Shown: positions 1 to 8,710 of the stretch, piece by piece
Numbering within the stretch: the first letter of the stretch is position 1
Layout of the letters: each line of letters starts with the position of its first letter
Origin: Escherichia phage vB_Ec-G1
Sequence record: PQ433349.1
DNA: 64,000 nt
Reading direction: 5' to 3' (one strand)
Notes under the pieces: model-generated
Told to the model about the DNA's origin: nothing
The model's input: the letters and a program-made list of their open reading frames with translations, nothing else
Database searches by the model: none
Program-made: the position numbers and the translations under genes

Positions 1-447
1 GAATACGACGCTTAAAACCAACCAATTCTTTACCGATAGTAGTTGGATATAAACAACTTTCTACTACCATCTGATCCCCTTCCTGACGGTATTCATAACG
101 AACACCATAGAAAGATGAAACTTTTTCTTTAATGCCTCGATAACCACGTGGGTTGGTTGATGTTTCTTGAACAATTTTACGATGAATCTGTTTATTAAAT
201 TCCGAACCCACAATCTCCTCCTCTTCTTCTAAAACTTCACCATTTTCTCGTAACCATTCTACGCTAGGAATAGTGTATTCACACGCAAAGCACTTAGCAC
301 CTTTATGCTCTCCATTAGAATCTAATCCATAAACCATCAGGTTATTACGAGAGCGATCCTTGCCATTTTTCATGCAGCGCGGACAACCTGTATGCCCTTC
401 CTTGCTAAGATCAACATCAAATCCATATTTAGTTATAATGTGCGACA
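1..447 (-). CDS. DNA primase-like protein, N-terminal zinc-ribbon part (gene continues beyond window start)
   Basis: Minus-strand ORF running off the window edge; AGGAG RBS before a GTG start near 447; N-terminus has CPRC...CFAC zinc ribbon and an RGI motif resembling T7 gp4/DnaG-type primase zinc-binding domains. Confidence 0.5.
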
Positions 448-460
448 CTTTGTTCTCCTG

Positions 461-739
461 TTAAAATGGTTCGTTAGTCTCCATCATATATTCTGCTTCT
501 AGTTCTTCCATGTGCTTTCTAAATTGGAAAGCAATTTCTGCTACAGTTACATTTAAATCTTTTTCAAAAACTTCTGTAGAGCCTTCATAAAAACGAATAC
601 CGTCAATTAAAAGCCCTCCGTGGTAATCCCAATCACTTTCACGAGAAAGCGGGTTAGGCTCTTCATAATAGTAATCCACCTCCACGACTAAGGCTTTCCC
701 GTTACGAGTGGTGTATTCAAAATCAAAAGTGTTAATCAT
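461..739 (-). CDS. hypothetical protein (92 aa)
   Basis: Track ORF in operon orientation, tightly spaced with neighbours. Confidence 0.55.
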   Translation of the reverse strand: MINTFDFEYTTRNGKALVVEVDYYYEEPNPLSRESDWDYHGGLLIDGIRFYEGSTEVFEKDLNVTVAEIAFQFRKHMEELEAEYMMETNEPF

Positions 740-1683
740 TATAGCTCCTCAAATAAAAGTCTACGACGCTCATTCAACACATCAATGTGATAATGAGTCC
801 TGACATACTTAGCTAATGCTAATCCTTTCTCCATGCAAACATCGGGAGCACTTAATAAGTATTCCGTAATATCTTTCCACTCGGAAGGTGTTTCAGCAAA
901 GAATAACAGATCTTTAAACTCTTGTGTATGATAATTCTCACGAGGAGAACAGATCAAAGGTAAACCCTTAGCACCTGCCTCAAGAATTTTAAGATTGCTT
1001 TTTGCATTATTAAACACGTTATCAATCAATGGCGCAAGACTGATTTGATGACCATCGTAAGATTCCATGTAGTTGGCATATGGTCTTACACCTTCATAAA
1101 CACAAGTTGGTGCTACATTTTCCCTGATTACAGACCATTCACGACTACTTAAAACTTCAGAATCCCTACGAAAACCACATATTGTAAGATCTTTACCAAA
1201 ATCGGGCAAGATAGCCAAATCTTGTTTATGTGTTTCACTTCCAGCCCAGACTAATGGAGTTTTGGAGTAGCGATCACGGGTCAACACAAATTGACCTTCA
1301 TCGTAAGGAAGTCCATTAGGGATTATGTGCACATTATCATTGTATTGTGAAAGTTCAACTTGCAAGGCAGGTGTCGTAGTTGTAACAAGGTCACTGTGCT
1401 CTAAAAACCATTTTAAATGTTCACGAATACCTGATTCAAAAATACCTTCTAACATGTGTCCTTTTGGAATAACTAAAGAGTCATCCAAATCCATAACCAT
1501 TTTAAAGCCTAGGTTTTTAAGGGCTAAAAAGCCCTCTTTACCTTTTGTTGGCACCCCGTTAAAAACGAAAACGTTGTGTTTAGGTTGTGAAGAGAACTGC
1601 CTTGAGTAAGGCAGCACTACCCTATGGAAATCGCAGACACTATAATTGATTCCGTTACGATTGTCAAGAATTATTTGTCCCAT
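739..1683 (-). CDS. GT-B-fold glycosyltransferase-like protein, paralog 1
   Basis: 314 aa; C-terminal motif KSNLKILEAGAKGLPLICS resembles the GT-B (GT4-like) nucleotide-sugar binding region; paralog of the adjacent gene. Confidence 0.5.
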   Translation of the reverse strand: MGQIILDNRNGINYSVCDFHRVVLPYSRQFSSQPKHNVFVFNGVPTKGKEGFLALKNLGFKMVMDLDDSLVIPKGHMLEGIFESGIREHLKWFLEHSDLVTTTTPALQVELSQYNDNVHIIPNGLPYDEGQFVLTRDRYSKTPLVWAGSETHKQDLAILPDFGKDLTICGFRRDSEVLSSREWSVIRENVAPTCVYEGVRPYANYMESYDGHQISLAPLIDNVFNNAKSNLKILEAGAKGLPLICSPRENYHTQEFKDLLFFAETPSEWKDITEYLLSAPDVCMEKGLALAKYVRTHYHIDVLNERRRLLFEEL

Positions 1684-1690
1684 ACATCAC

Positions 1691-2638
1691 CTACAAACTT
1701 TCAATAACCTGGCGTCGCAATTCGTTTGCATCTGCCAGATTGTAGTGTGTTCGAACATGTTCAGCCAAGAACAAGCCACGATCTTCCCGATAGTTTGGAT
1801 TGCGAAGAAGCTTAACAATTTCGTAATGCCATTCTGCTTTATTCTCTGCGTAAGCAACAGCACGAGCATCTACAGGGTTAAAATAAGGTAACACCTTAGA
1901 ACAAACAATCGGAATACCTTTTGCCCCAGCTTCCAGGATTTTGAGATTACTTTTGCAATTATTAAAATCATTATCTACCAAAGGAGCTATAGCAATAGCA
2001 TGACTTTCGTAAACATTCATGTAATTATCTAAATCTTTTACAGCAGCTTTATATTTGGCATTTGGTAAATTTCTGCGAATCTTAATCCACTCTTGTCCCG
2101 TGATGCTCTGCGATGCTTCATATCCCGCAATAGTAAGAAGTTCATCATCGAAAGTATTAGAGACTAGTCGTAAATCGGGTTCGTGACTAGCACCGCCAGC
2201 CCATACAACAGGGGTACCGGATGAACGATCATTTGACAAAGTGAATTGTCCACTATCAAAAGGAAGTGCATTTCGGATCACAACAACATTCCTATTTAAG
2301 TGACGGATCTTATATGCCAAGTATTCCGTAGTCACAATAACCACATCAGCAAGCTTAACCATAGCCACAATAGCATGAGTGTTTGACTCGTATAAACTTG
2401 CCAAATAATGCTCTGGATTAAGTTGGTAAAAATCATCTAAGTCTACAACAATCTTAACACCTTGGCGTTTCAAAGATAAAACGTATTCTGCACCTTTAGA
2501 GTGGATACGGTTAAACACAACAACATCTTTCTTAGGTTGAATATTATTGTTGTTAAATGGTATAACAATACGATGATAGTCACAACCGCTGTGAGGTTTT
2601 GCATCAATTTTTAGTTTAGACCATTTTTTATTTGACAT
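1691..2638 (-). CDS. GT-B-fold glycosyltransferase-like protein, paralog 2
   Basis: 315 aa; shares CD(F/Y)HR, VDLDD and KSNLKILEAGAKG(L/I)P motifs with 739..1683 (tandem duplication). Confidence 0.5.
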   Translation of the reverse strand: MSNKKWSKLKIDAKPHSGCDYHRIVIPFNNNNIQPKKDVVVFNRIHSKGAEYVLSLKRQGVKIVVDLDDFYQLNPEHYLASLYESNTHAIVAMVKLADVVIVTTEYLAYKIRHLNRNVVVIRNALPFDSGQFTLSNDRSSGTPVVWAGGASHEPDLRLVSNTFDDELLTIAGYEASQSITGQEWIKIRRNLPNAKYKAAVKDLDNYMNVYESHAIAIAPLVDNDFNNCKSNLKILEAGAKGIPIVCSKVLPYFNPVDARAVAYAENKAEWHYEIVKLLRNPNYREDRGLFLAEHVRTHYNLADANELRRQVIESL

Positions 2639-3311
2639 GTGCTAGTGCCTCCTCATAAGAAAGTCGGATTTTCCCATTTTTAATATCCTCTAAAGATGCT
2701 TTGTATTCTTCCCAGTTAATACCAATAGCAGCTTCTTTCTCTTCTTTTGTCAGATTAGCAAAAGGCATAGGATTGTTTCCAAAAACATCGTCTGGGTGGA
2801 TATAAGCCATGATACGAAGTGGACAAGGTGTTGCCTGAATACCATGATTCAAACCAGCAGCTTTCAAACGGTGTCCCCATTCAGCATCTTCAAAACCATA
2901 ACCGTGAGTGTAAGGGCGGAAATAACCCATCTTCTCAACAACGGCACGAGAATACATTGCAAATTGACACATTGCAAGTTCCCAGAGAATAACTTCTCCT
3001 TTGCTTCCAACAACTTTATCTTTGAAATACTCCGGCATACCAAAGAAATCCCATCCTCCAGAAACAGCCTGATCTACAAAGTATGTTTCCCATCCTTCCA
3101 TGACTGGGTAGCAATCATCGTCAAAAATAAACCAATAATCATAACCTTCTTCATAAAACTGGTGCATAAGTTCATTCCTGGCATAAGCTACACCTTTACG
3201 ATCTGGATCGTTGAATACTCGAAAATCTGCACGTGGATCTGTTACAAGGTAGTCTTTAAGTGGACGGACGCCTACAGTGATAACACCCACTCCGATTTTA
3301 ATATTTTCCAT
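2628..3311 (-). CDS. putative GT-A-like glycosyltransferase (DxD-type)
   Basis: 227 aa; acidic FIFDDDCYP motif typical of DxD glycosyltransferases; sits in the glycosyltransferase cluster. Confidence 0.35.
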   Translation of the reverse strand: MENIKIGVGVITVGVRPLKDYLVTDPRADFRVFNDPDRKGVAYARNELMHQFYEEGYDYWFIFDDDCYPVMEGWETYFVDQAVSGGWDFFGMPEYFKDKVVGSKGEVILWELAMCQFAMYSRAVVEKMGYFRPYTHGYGFEDAEWGHRLKAAGLNHGIQATPCPLRIMAYIHPDDVFGNNPMPFANLTKEEKEAAIGINWEEYKASLEDIKNGKIRLSYEEALAHVK

Positions 3312-3319
3312 TATCTCTC

Positions 3320-3883
3320 CTAAATAGTTTTACTGTGATCGTGACAGTGTAATAAATGATGTATAGACCGTTGAGGATTTGTTTGACCTAATCTGTAAAT
3401 GTGAAACAGATACATTCCCCGCATCAATCCTAACCTCTTTCCTTTTTCATGTAAAGTGCGAGAGAAAATTAAGTCGAATTGGATAGATTTTTCTTCGAAA
3501 GGAATTTCATTCCACAACGATTTTCTAAAAAGCAAAAAGAAACCTGCCAGAGGTGTTCCGAAAGGAACTTCTTCAACACTCACTTTATGATATTCTCTTG
3601 CAATCTTAGCATATTCTATATGGTTTAGAATATCTGGATCATCGTTAATTTGGTTAGAGAAAAGCTGATAACCACTACCTAACCTGTTACAAGTTGCACC
3701 TATTACATCAAAAGGTGGGTTTGAAATAACAAGCTCTTCAAGCATAGATGGTTGATCAGGCAGGAGGAACATTGTATCGGTATCTCTTAAGCACACCCAA
3801 CTATCATCTGGAAGAACGGCAATAGCTTCATTGATAGCCTTGCCGATATTTCCTGTCAGATAGGGAGTAATATAATAAATCAT
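3320..3883 (-). CDS. putative GT-A-like glycosyltransferase
   Basis: 187 aa; N-terminal ITPY...AIAVLPDDSWVCLRDTDTMFL resembles the GT2 Rossmann region with DxD. Confidence 0.35.
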   Translation of the reverse strand: MIYYITPYLTGNIGKAINEAIAVLPDDSWVCLRDTDTMFLLPDQPSMLEELVISNPPFDVIGATCNRLGSGYQLFSNQINDDPDILNHIEYAKIAREYHKVSVEEVPFGTPLAGFFLLFRKSLWNEIPFEEKSIQFDLIFSRTLHEKGKRLGLMRGMYLFHIYRLGQTNPQRSIHHLLHCHDHSKTI

Positions 3884-3899
3884 TCTCCCCTCCGTTATA

Positions 3900-4091
3900 T
3901 TAACTGTCAGCTACAATCCCACGTTTAATCATTTCTTGTTGGATTTGGATGACACGATCTCGTGCTTCCATATATTCTTTAAAAGATTCTTGGAGATGGT
4001 CACGAGCTACATCCCGTAGTTTAATCAGTTTGTCGTTTGTCACTTCTTGAAGAGAGATCTCGCCAGTTTCATTGGTCCCAAGCGTTTTCAT
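3900..4091 (-). CDS. hypothetical protein (63 aa)
   Basis: Track ORF, operon orientation. Confidence 0.45.
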   Translation of the reverse strand: MKTLGTNETGEISLQEVTNDKLIKLRDVARDHLQESFKEYMEARDRVIQIQQEMIKRGIVADS

Positions 4092-4299
4092 TTACAACCT
4101 CCTTAATAGCTACTGCACAGTTCTTACAAATACATTGACCTTTGTTCTTAGAAATTTCAATGTAAGGTTCATTTTCGTTTTCTCCGCGTCGTGAATCGTA
4201 TATTACAGTATTGAAGCAGACAACGCAAATGTTTTTAATAACGACATATTTTTGCACTTTCTGTTTAGTGCGGAAATTGACTTCAATGACTTCTCCCAT
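4069..4299 (-). CDS. small Cys-rich zinc-finger-like protein
   Basis: Track ORF trimmed to internal ATG preceded by AGGGGAG RBS; CVVC...CICKNC cysteine pairs. Confidence 0.45.
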   Translation of the reverse strand: MGEVIEVNFRTKQKVQKYVVIKNICVVCFNTVIYDSRRGENENEPYIEISKNKGQCICKNCAVAIKEVVNENAWDQ

Positions 4300-4583
4300 C
4301 AGTGAATCTCCCCTAAAATGTTGTTTTGAGACATTACTGCGGAGCATTCTACAGCATCATGAGTCCTTGCAAAACGCTCCCACAGCACAGCATCTACTTT
4401 AAGAACCATACAAGGATAAATACTGTCGTTGATCATATCAATGCTATATTTATCTACATCCTTTTCATCTTCCATAAACAAAGTAGCGTATGCTTCCAAA
4501 TGTTTACGGGTGTAGTATACGTCCTCTTCGGTAAGACCGACAACCAGGTAACTTGCTACAACAACAGTATTATCTTCTTGCAT
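4299..4583 (-). CDS. hypothetical protein
   Basis: Track ORF trimmed to ATG preceded by AGGGGAG RBS; start overlaps stop of upstream gene. Confidence 0.5.
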   Translation of the reverse strand: MQEDNTVVVASYLVVGLTEEDVYYTRKHLEAYATLFMEDEKDVDKYSIDMINDSIYPCMVLKVDAVLWERFARTHDAVECSAVMSQNNILGEIH

Positions 4584-4584
4584 T

Positions 4585-5106
4585 TTAACTCCCCTTTGGT
4601 AGATAGAAACCATGCACTTTATCTCGATAAACAAGACGCATATCACGCTCCCAGTGTGTCCTTATATTCCGTTTCTTGAAGTATAGAGCACCTTTAGTAA
4701 CATCTAAAACAGACCGCAATTCAGGAAAATGTTTCTCTAAATAAAGTAAACGCTCCGCTATTGCTTTTGCTTCCTGCCACTTATCTTTCTCTGTTACGTT
4801 AAAAGTTTTCGCATATGAGAATTGCCCTTTCTGGAACAAGACTCCTCTGACTGTGTTAGGAAAGTAGGCATCATTTCTTCTATTGATTACCACATTCCCA
4901 ACGGCATTCATTCCTTTTTTACCCAGACCGCGACCTTCTGCGTAAATTGCACAAGCTAATAGAATTTTATCATTATATTGCTTTGTACATTTGTGAACTA
5001 CTTTAGCGGTTTTTACGTTTGCAGCTTCGGCTTTCGCCACAACAGGTGTAAATGTAAAAGCAGTTAAGGATAGTAACGCAACTGTTACAAAGTTTTTTAT
5101 CAGCAA
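4585..5106 (-). CDS. secreted cell-wall hydrolase (SleB/Hydrolase_2-like)
   Basis: 173 aa; N-terminal signal peptide; AIYAEGRG...GMNAVGNVVINRRN...GVLFQKGQFS resembles the cell wall hydrolase SleB family. Confidence 0.55.
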   Translation of the reverse strand: MLIKNFVTVALLSLTAFTFTPVVAKAEAANVKTAKVVHKCTKQYNDKILLACAIYAEGRGLGKKGMNAVGNVVINRRNDAYFPNTVRGVLFQKGQFSYAKTFNVTEKDKWQEAKAIAERLLYLEKHFPELRSVLDVTKGALYFKKRNIRTHWERDMRLVYRDKVHGFYLPKGS

Positions 5107-5167
5107 ATTTTGCCTCCTTTTTAAGTTAACGAATTTCTAGTATAACACGATAGAGGCTTTATTGCAA

Positions 5168-5187
5168 GAGGGGGATTTCTCCCCCTC
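5168..5187 (-). terminator. strong GC hairpin downstream of the TerD-like gene (possible terminator/attenuator)
   Basis: GAGGGGGA-ttt-TCCCCCTC perfect stem; flanking T-run is weak. Confidence 0.3.
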
Positions 5188-5205
5188 AAAATCATTTGTT
5201 AATTA

Positions 5206-5808
5206 TTATGGACATTCATACCATTCTTTTTTACCACCGAAGGCCATCACCACATCACAAATATCCAGACCAGCTTTGCCTACACCATATGCTTTCAGCT
5301 TCCATTCCCCATCTTCACGAACCAAGGAAGCCACGTGGCAGATTGTGTTGCCAGCTACTTCAGGAGCCAGGAAGTCAAAATCCAGAATTTCCACATTGCG
5401 CTCGGAGTCGAAGATTTTAAGCATACCTTCAGAAGCATGACCAAAACGTTTCAGACCTGTATCATCATCAATGGTCAGAACAAAGGCAATCTCTTGTGCA
5501 TCAGGGGAGATTTTAGCCAGAGTAATATCAATCTGCTCCATGCTGCCAGTTCCATCACGAACATCGTCACCAGCGAAGGTAGAACGTTCAGGATCAAACT
5601 TGTTAGCATAGCAAACCAGATGACGTGCAGACAGCATTTCAGGATTGCCAGCGGCATTGTGACGACAAACCAGTGCACTTACATCCAGATCCAGTTTAGA
5701 ATCAGATTTCCAAGAGAATTCCAGGCGCAGTTCTTTCAGAGCCGGAGCAACTTTCTTCAGGGAAATTTTTTCGCTAGAGCCTTTTTTCAGGGAAATTTTA
5801 TCAGTCAT
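5206..5808 (-). CDS. TerD-domain protein
   Basis: 200 aa; duplicated KISLKK N-terminal motif, DLD and GDDVRDGTGS motifs typical of TerD/TerZ family. Confidence 0.7.
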   Translation of the reverse strand: MTDKISLKKGSSEKISLKKVAPALKELRLEFSWKSDSKLDLDVSALVCRHNAAGNPEMLSARHLVCYANKFDPERSTFAGDDVRDGTGSMEQIDITLAKISPDAQEIAFVLTIDDDTGLKRFGHASEGMLKIFDSERNVEILDFDFLAPEVAGNTICHVASLVREDGEWKLKAYGVGKAGLDICDVVMAFGGKKEWYECP

Positions 5809-5823
5809 CTTTTGTCTCCTCTA

Positions 5824-6093
5824 TTATTTAAGTGTAATACCAGTTACAGTCAATTCTACTTCCAAAAGCTTAGATGTGTTTTGGATTGATACTAATTGTG
5901 CATGATGGTTTAGTTCTACAGCAGAATAATCATTTTCCCCATCGTCTACTTTTAAATAAACAATGATTTCACTAAGGTCTAAACCATTTTCGTCAAATGC
6001 ATTTTCATAGACGAAAGTATCTCCTACATCCAAATCTTTAATGGTAAGGCATCGTTTATTTACTTTTTGCTCATCAATTTCGAAGTTTAACAC
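5824..6093 (-). CDS. small hypothetical protein, paralog of 7115..7393
   Basis: 89 aa; shares DLDVG.TF and (L/V)TNITLK motifs with the ORF upstream of the vWA gene. Confidence 0.5.
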   Translation of the reverse strand: MLNFEIDEQKVNKRCLTIKDLDVGDTFVYENAFDENGLDLSEIIVYLKVDDGENDYSAVELNHHAQLVSIQNTSKLLEVELTVTGITLK

Positions 6094-6322
6094 TTCTTCC
6101 TCCTAATGTTATCTCCGGTTTGTATATACGAAGAATTATAGCGTTTTCATTTTCTTTGTCAACCCATTCTTCATAATCAGGCCATACATGAATCTCTACT
6201 CTACTTACAATATCTTCCATTCGCACAGTCCCAATGAAATACTCTTTGAGACTGCGCATAATGAAAGCTTCTCTCTCACGCCAATAATTTTCTATGACTT
6301 GAGAGGCAAGCTCGTCGATCAT
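6074..6322 (-). CDS. hypothetical protein (82 aa)
   Basis: Track ORF, operon orientation. Confidence 0.45.
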   Translation of the reverse strand: MIDELASQVIENYWREREAFIMRSLKEYFIGTVRMEDIVSRVEIHVWPDYEEWVDKENENAIILRIYKPEITLGGRSVKLRN

Positions 6323-7113
6323 TTTTTAGCACCTACTTTAACAACCCACTCTCCGAACTCTTCAGATAAGAGTTTGTCATAAAGCTCTGAATCTGTCAAG
6401 TCTAAATCTTTAATACCAATAAAACCAACATTATCATAAGCATTTGCCAGTTCTTTCAGGAAGCCAAACTTCTCATTACCAACGCCAACCATGAACCAAT
6501 AAATAGGTTTATTCTTATTCTCTTCGATAAGACGACGAACAGCACTAGGATCACCATTCTCACCATCCGTCTGGAAGAATACAACACCAGGGGTAACGTC
6601 AGCACCTGGTTCAGATACAGCTACAACTTTTTCACGCTCTACAGACACTGTTTCAGTTTTACCAAGCAGACGATTAAAGAAGCCTTTCTTTGGAGCCTCC
6701 TCTTGTACCACTTGTTTAGTGGTAATATATTTAGTAACAGTGCCAAAATACTCATCGTAGATATCCGCCATTACAGGGGCGTAATTTGTTCCACCTCCGA
6801 TACGAACATTACGCATACATTTACCAACATAGTCATCGTAAACATCTGCTGTTGCTGGAGTAAGCTCTTGGGAACTCGTATTGAAGGCCCACATATCAAT
6901 TTGTTGATTATCGTCGAACAGCATACCAAAAGGAAGCAGTTTACCTACAAAATCACTCACTACCCCACTAGAATATAGACCATGCATACTACCAGAAATA
7001 TCTAGAGCACATGCTACACGAAGAACAATCTTACCTTCATTCAGGTTCTTATTCTTTTTCAGAGAGAAAGCAAGGTTTTCTTGACGTTTTTTCAGGCTGA
7101 TTTTCTCGGACAT
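6319..7113 (-). CDS. von Willebrand factor A (vWA) domain protein, TerY-like
   Basis: 264 aa; MIDAS motif DISGSM plus downstream GGTNY and TDGENGD; N-terminus begins MSEKISLKK like the TerD gene. Confidence 0.6.
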   Translation of the reverse strand: MSEKISLKKRQENLAFSLKKNKNLNEGKIVLRVACALDISGSMHGLYSSGVVSDFVGKLLPFGMLFDDNQQIDMWAFNTSSQELTPATADVYDDYVGKCMRNVRIGGGTNYAPVMADIYDEYFGTVTKYITTKQVVQEEAPKKGFFNRLLGKTETVSVEREKVVAVSEPGADVTPGVVFFQTDGENGDPSAVRRLIEENKNKPIYWFMVGVGNEKFGFLKELANAYDNVGFIGIKDLDLTDSELYDKLLSEEFGEWVVKVGAKK

Positions 7114-7114
7114 A

Positions 7115-7393
7115 TTATTTCTCCTTCTTAAGTGTGATATTGGTAACTTCTAAATCTACTTCCACCATATTTGTATCTGGTGGGATGCAATGAGTATAGC
7201 CTCGTTGTGCTAGTGATCCATTAATACAGATCGCACTGTTTGTGGAATTTTTAATGAACACCAAGTTACGGTAGGTATCCAACCCTGCGTCTTCATAGGC
7301 ATCATAATACATGAATGTGGCCCCTACGTCAAGATCTTCGAAAGCAATAGGTAAATCCTGACTTTTTTCTTCTTGAATATTGAATCTAAACAC
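7115..7393 (-). CDS. small hypothetical protein, paralog of 5824..6093
   Basis: Track ORF trimmed to GTG preceded by GAGGAGG RBS; paralog alignment starts at this point. Confidence 0.45.
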   Translation of the reverse strand: MFRFNIQEEKSQDLPIAFEDLDVGATFMYYDAYEDAGLDTYRNLVFIKNSTNSAICINGSLAQRGYTHCIPPDTNMVEVDLEVTNITLKKEK

Positions 7394-7949
7394 GCATACC
7401 TCCTCTACCAATTTTGAAGCCCAAATCGTAAGCTTCCTTAGTGATCTTTTGTAACTCACTTATAGGAAGTGTTACAAGAGGATCATCTTCTTCAATTTCC
7501 ATCTTGTCATCTTCTGTTTCAATGAGAGTATTATGCACTTTGTGATAAGGGTTGTCAACACGTTTAAACTTATTCTTTTCTGTGCTGAAAAAACAGTCTG
7601 GATCTTCTTCACCATCACCCCAACCTTGGTTAGGATCTCCGTCAGATTGTTCTGTAGGGATTTCACCTGTAAAGTACTCTTCCAGCACCATAGCAATACC
7701 GTCCCTTGGATTTGAGGAATGCATTAAATCACAAACCTTACCCCAATCCATAGCCCATTCGAACCGTTCACGAATGCCATTTTCATCCTCCTTCCCAGAG
7801 AAAACACAACCATAACTATCATAGTTGCCATACATCTCTTCAATAACAACACCGTCCTTCAAAAGAAAGAGGTAGCAAGGTGATCCGTCGAAAGAAGTAG
7901 AAAGGGCAGCTTTGCCCGATTCTTTGCACAAAAAGCTAAAACAACCCAT
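7386..7949 (-). CDS. hypothetical acidic protein (187 aa)
   Basis: Track ORF, operon orientation. Confidence 0.5.
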   Translation of the reverse strand: MGCFSFLCKESGKAALSTSFDGSPCYLFLLKDGVVIEEMYGNYDSYGCVFSGKEDENGIRERFEWAMDWGKVCDLMHSSNPRDGIAMVLEEYFTGEIPTEQSDGDPNQGWGDGEEDPDCFFSTEKNKFKRVDNPYHKVHNTLIETEDDKMEIEEDDPLVTLPISELQKITKEAYDLGFKIGRGGMRV

Positions 7950-8347
7950 TACAAACCCTCCTTCAGATTATCAAGAGCTACAGTGGTTTCACAAAATTCT
8001 CCATAAGCTTTATGATGTTCCAGAAAAGCTTCGGGTCCACCCCAGTCATTATCTTGTGTATTCCAGCCATCAATAAAAGCATCTTCAATGATTGTGATCA
8101 GTTCCTGTCGAGTCAACGTAATGGTATCAGGTTTCTGCGTAGTTTCCACACGGAACCCTGGTTCTTCATAAAAACCTTTAGTTACAATGGATTCTAACTC
8201 TTCTGCATCACAGAGGAAGTAGCCACAAAGATAACACCAACCGTCATCATCTTTCATTACTTCATAAACTTCACCACTTGCTAACTTGGTGAAAAGAGTA
8301 GGGTCTGTTACTGTAAGTTTTAAAAGAATACCTGTTGGATTATACAT
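7949..8347 (-). CDS. hypothetical protein (132 aa)
   Basis: Track ORF, operon orientation. Confidence 0.5.
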   Translation of the reverse strand: MYNPTGILLKLTVTDPTLFTKLASGEVYEVMKDDDGWCYLCGYFLCDAEELESIVTKGFYEEPGFRVETTQKPDTITLTRQELITIIEDAFIDGWNTQDNDWGGPEAFLEHHKAYGEFCETTVALDNLKEGL

Positions 8348-8513
8348 CTTCTTCCTCCTCTAAAATATGGAACCCGTAATTACAATAATCCTGAAAGGTT
8401 TCGTGTGCAAGATCTTCTATATCCTCTTGAGACATATCATCTTCAATTTCGATATCCACAACCTCATTGCATCCACACCAAGCAGTTTCAATATTCACTC
8501 GTAATATTTTCAT
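8340..8513 (-). CDS. small acidic hypothetical protein (~57 aa)
   Basis: Below track cut-off; ATG overlaps upstream stop, GGAG RBS; fills an otherwise empty gap. Confidence 0.3.
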   Translation of the reverse strand: MKILRVNIETAWCGCNEVVDIEIEDDMSQEDIEDLAHETFQDYCNYGFHILEEEEDV

Positions 8514-8710
8514 TACTCCTCCTCCTCATTGAAGTCAATATCTGCAAGGAGTTCGAATTTACGGAAGTTACGACAACCTTCATAAATATAACAATCACGA
8601 CAAACTGCTAGAACACTTGGGGGATATATGCCTCCCATCGGTGCGAATCGTTTTTCGTCATCATAACGGACACCAATGTCTTCATCAATTATATAGATAC
8701 GGATTCTCAT
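8513..8710 (-). CDS. small hypothetical protein (65 aa)
   Basis: Track ORF, operon orientation. Confidence 0.4.
   Translation of the reverse strand: MRIRIYIIDEDIGVRYDDEKRFAPMGGIYPPSVLAVCRDCYIYEGCRNFRKFELLADIDFNEEEE

Noticed and set aside
1325-3323. Plus-strand track ORFs (1325..1609, 1646..1891, 2796..3323) overlapping the minus-strand glycosyltransferase genes
   Set aside because: Embedded antisense to longer, motif-bearing ORFs; low-complexity translations with no RBS context; most likely spurious.
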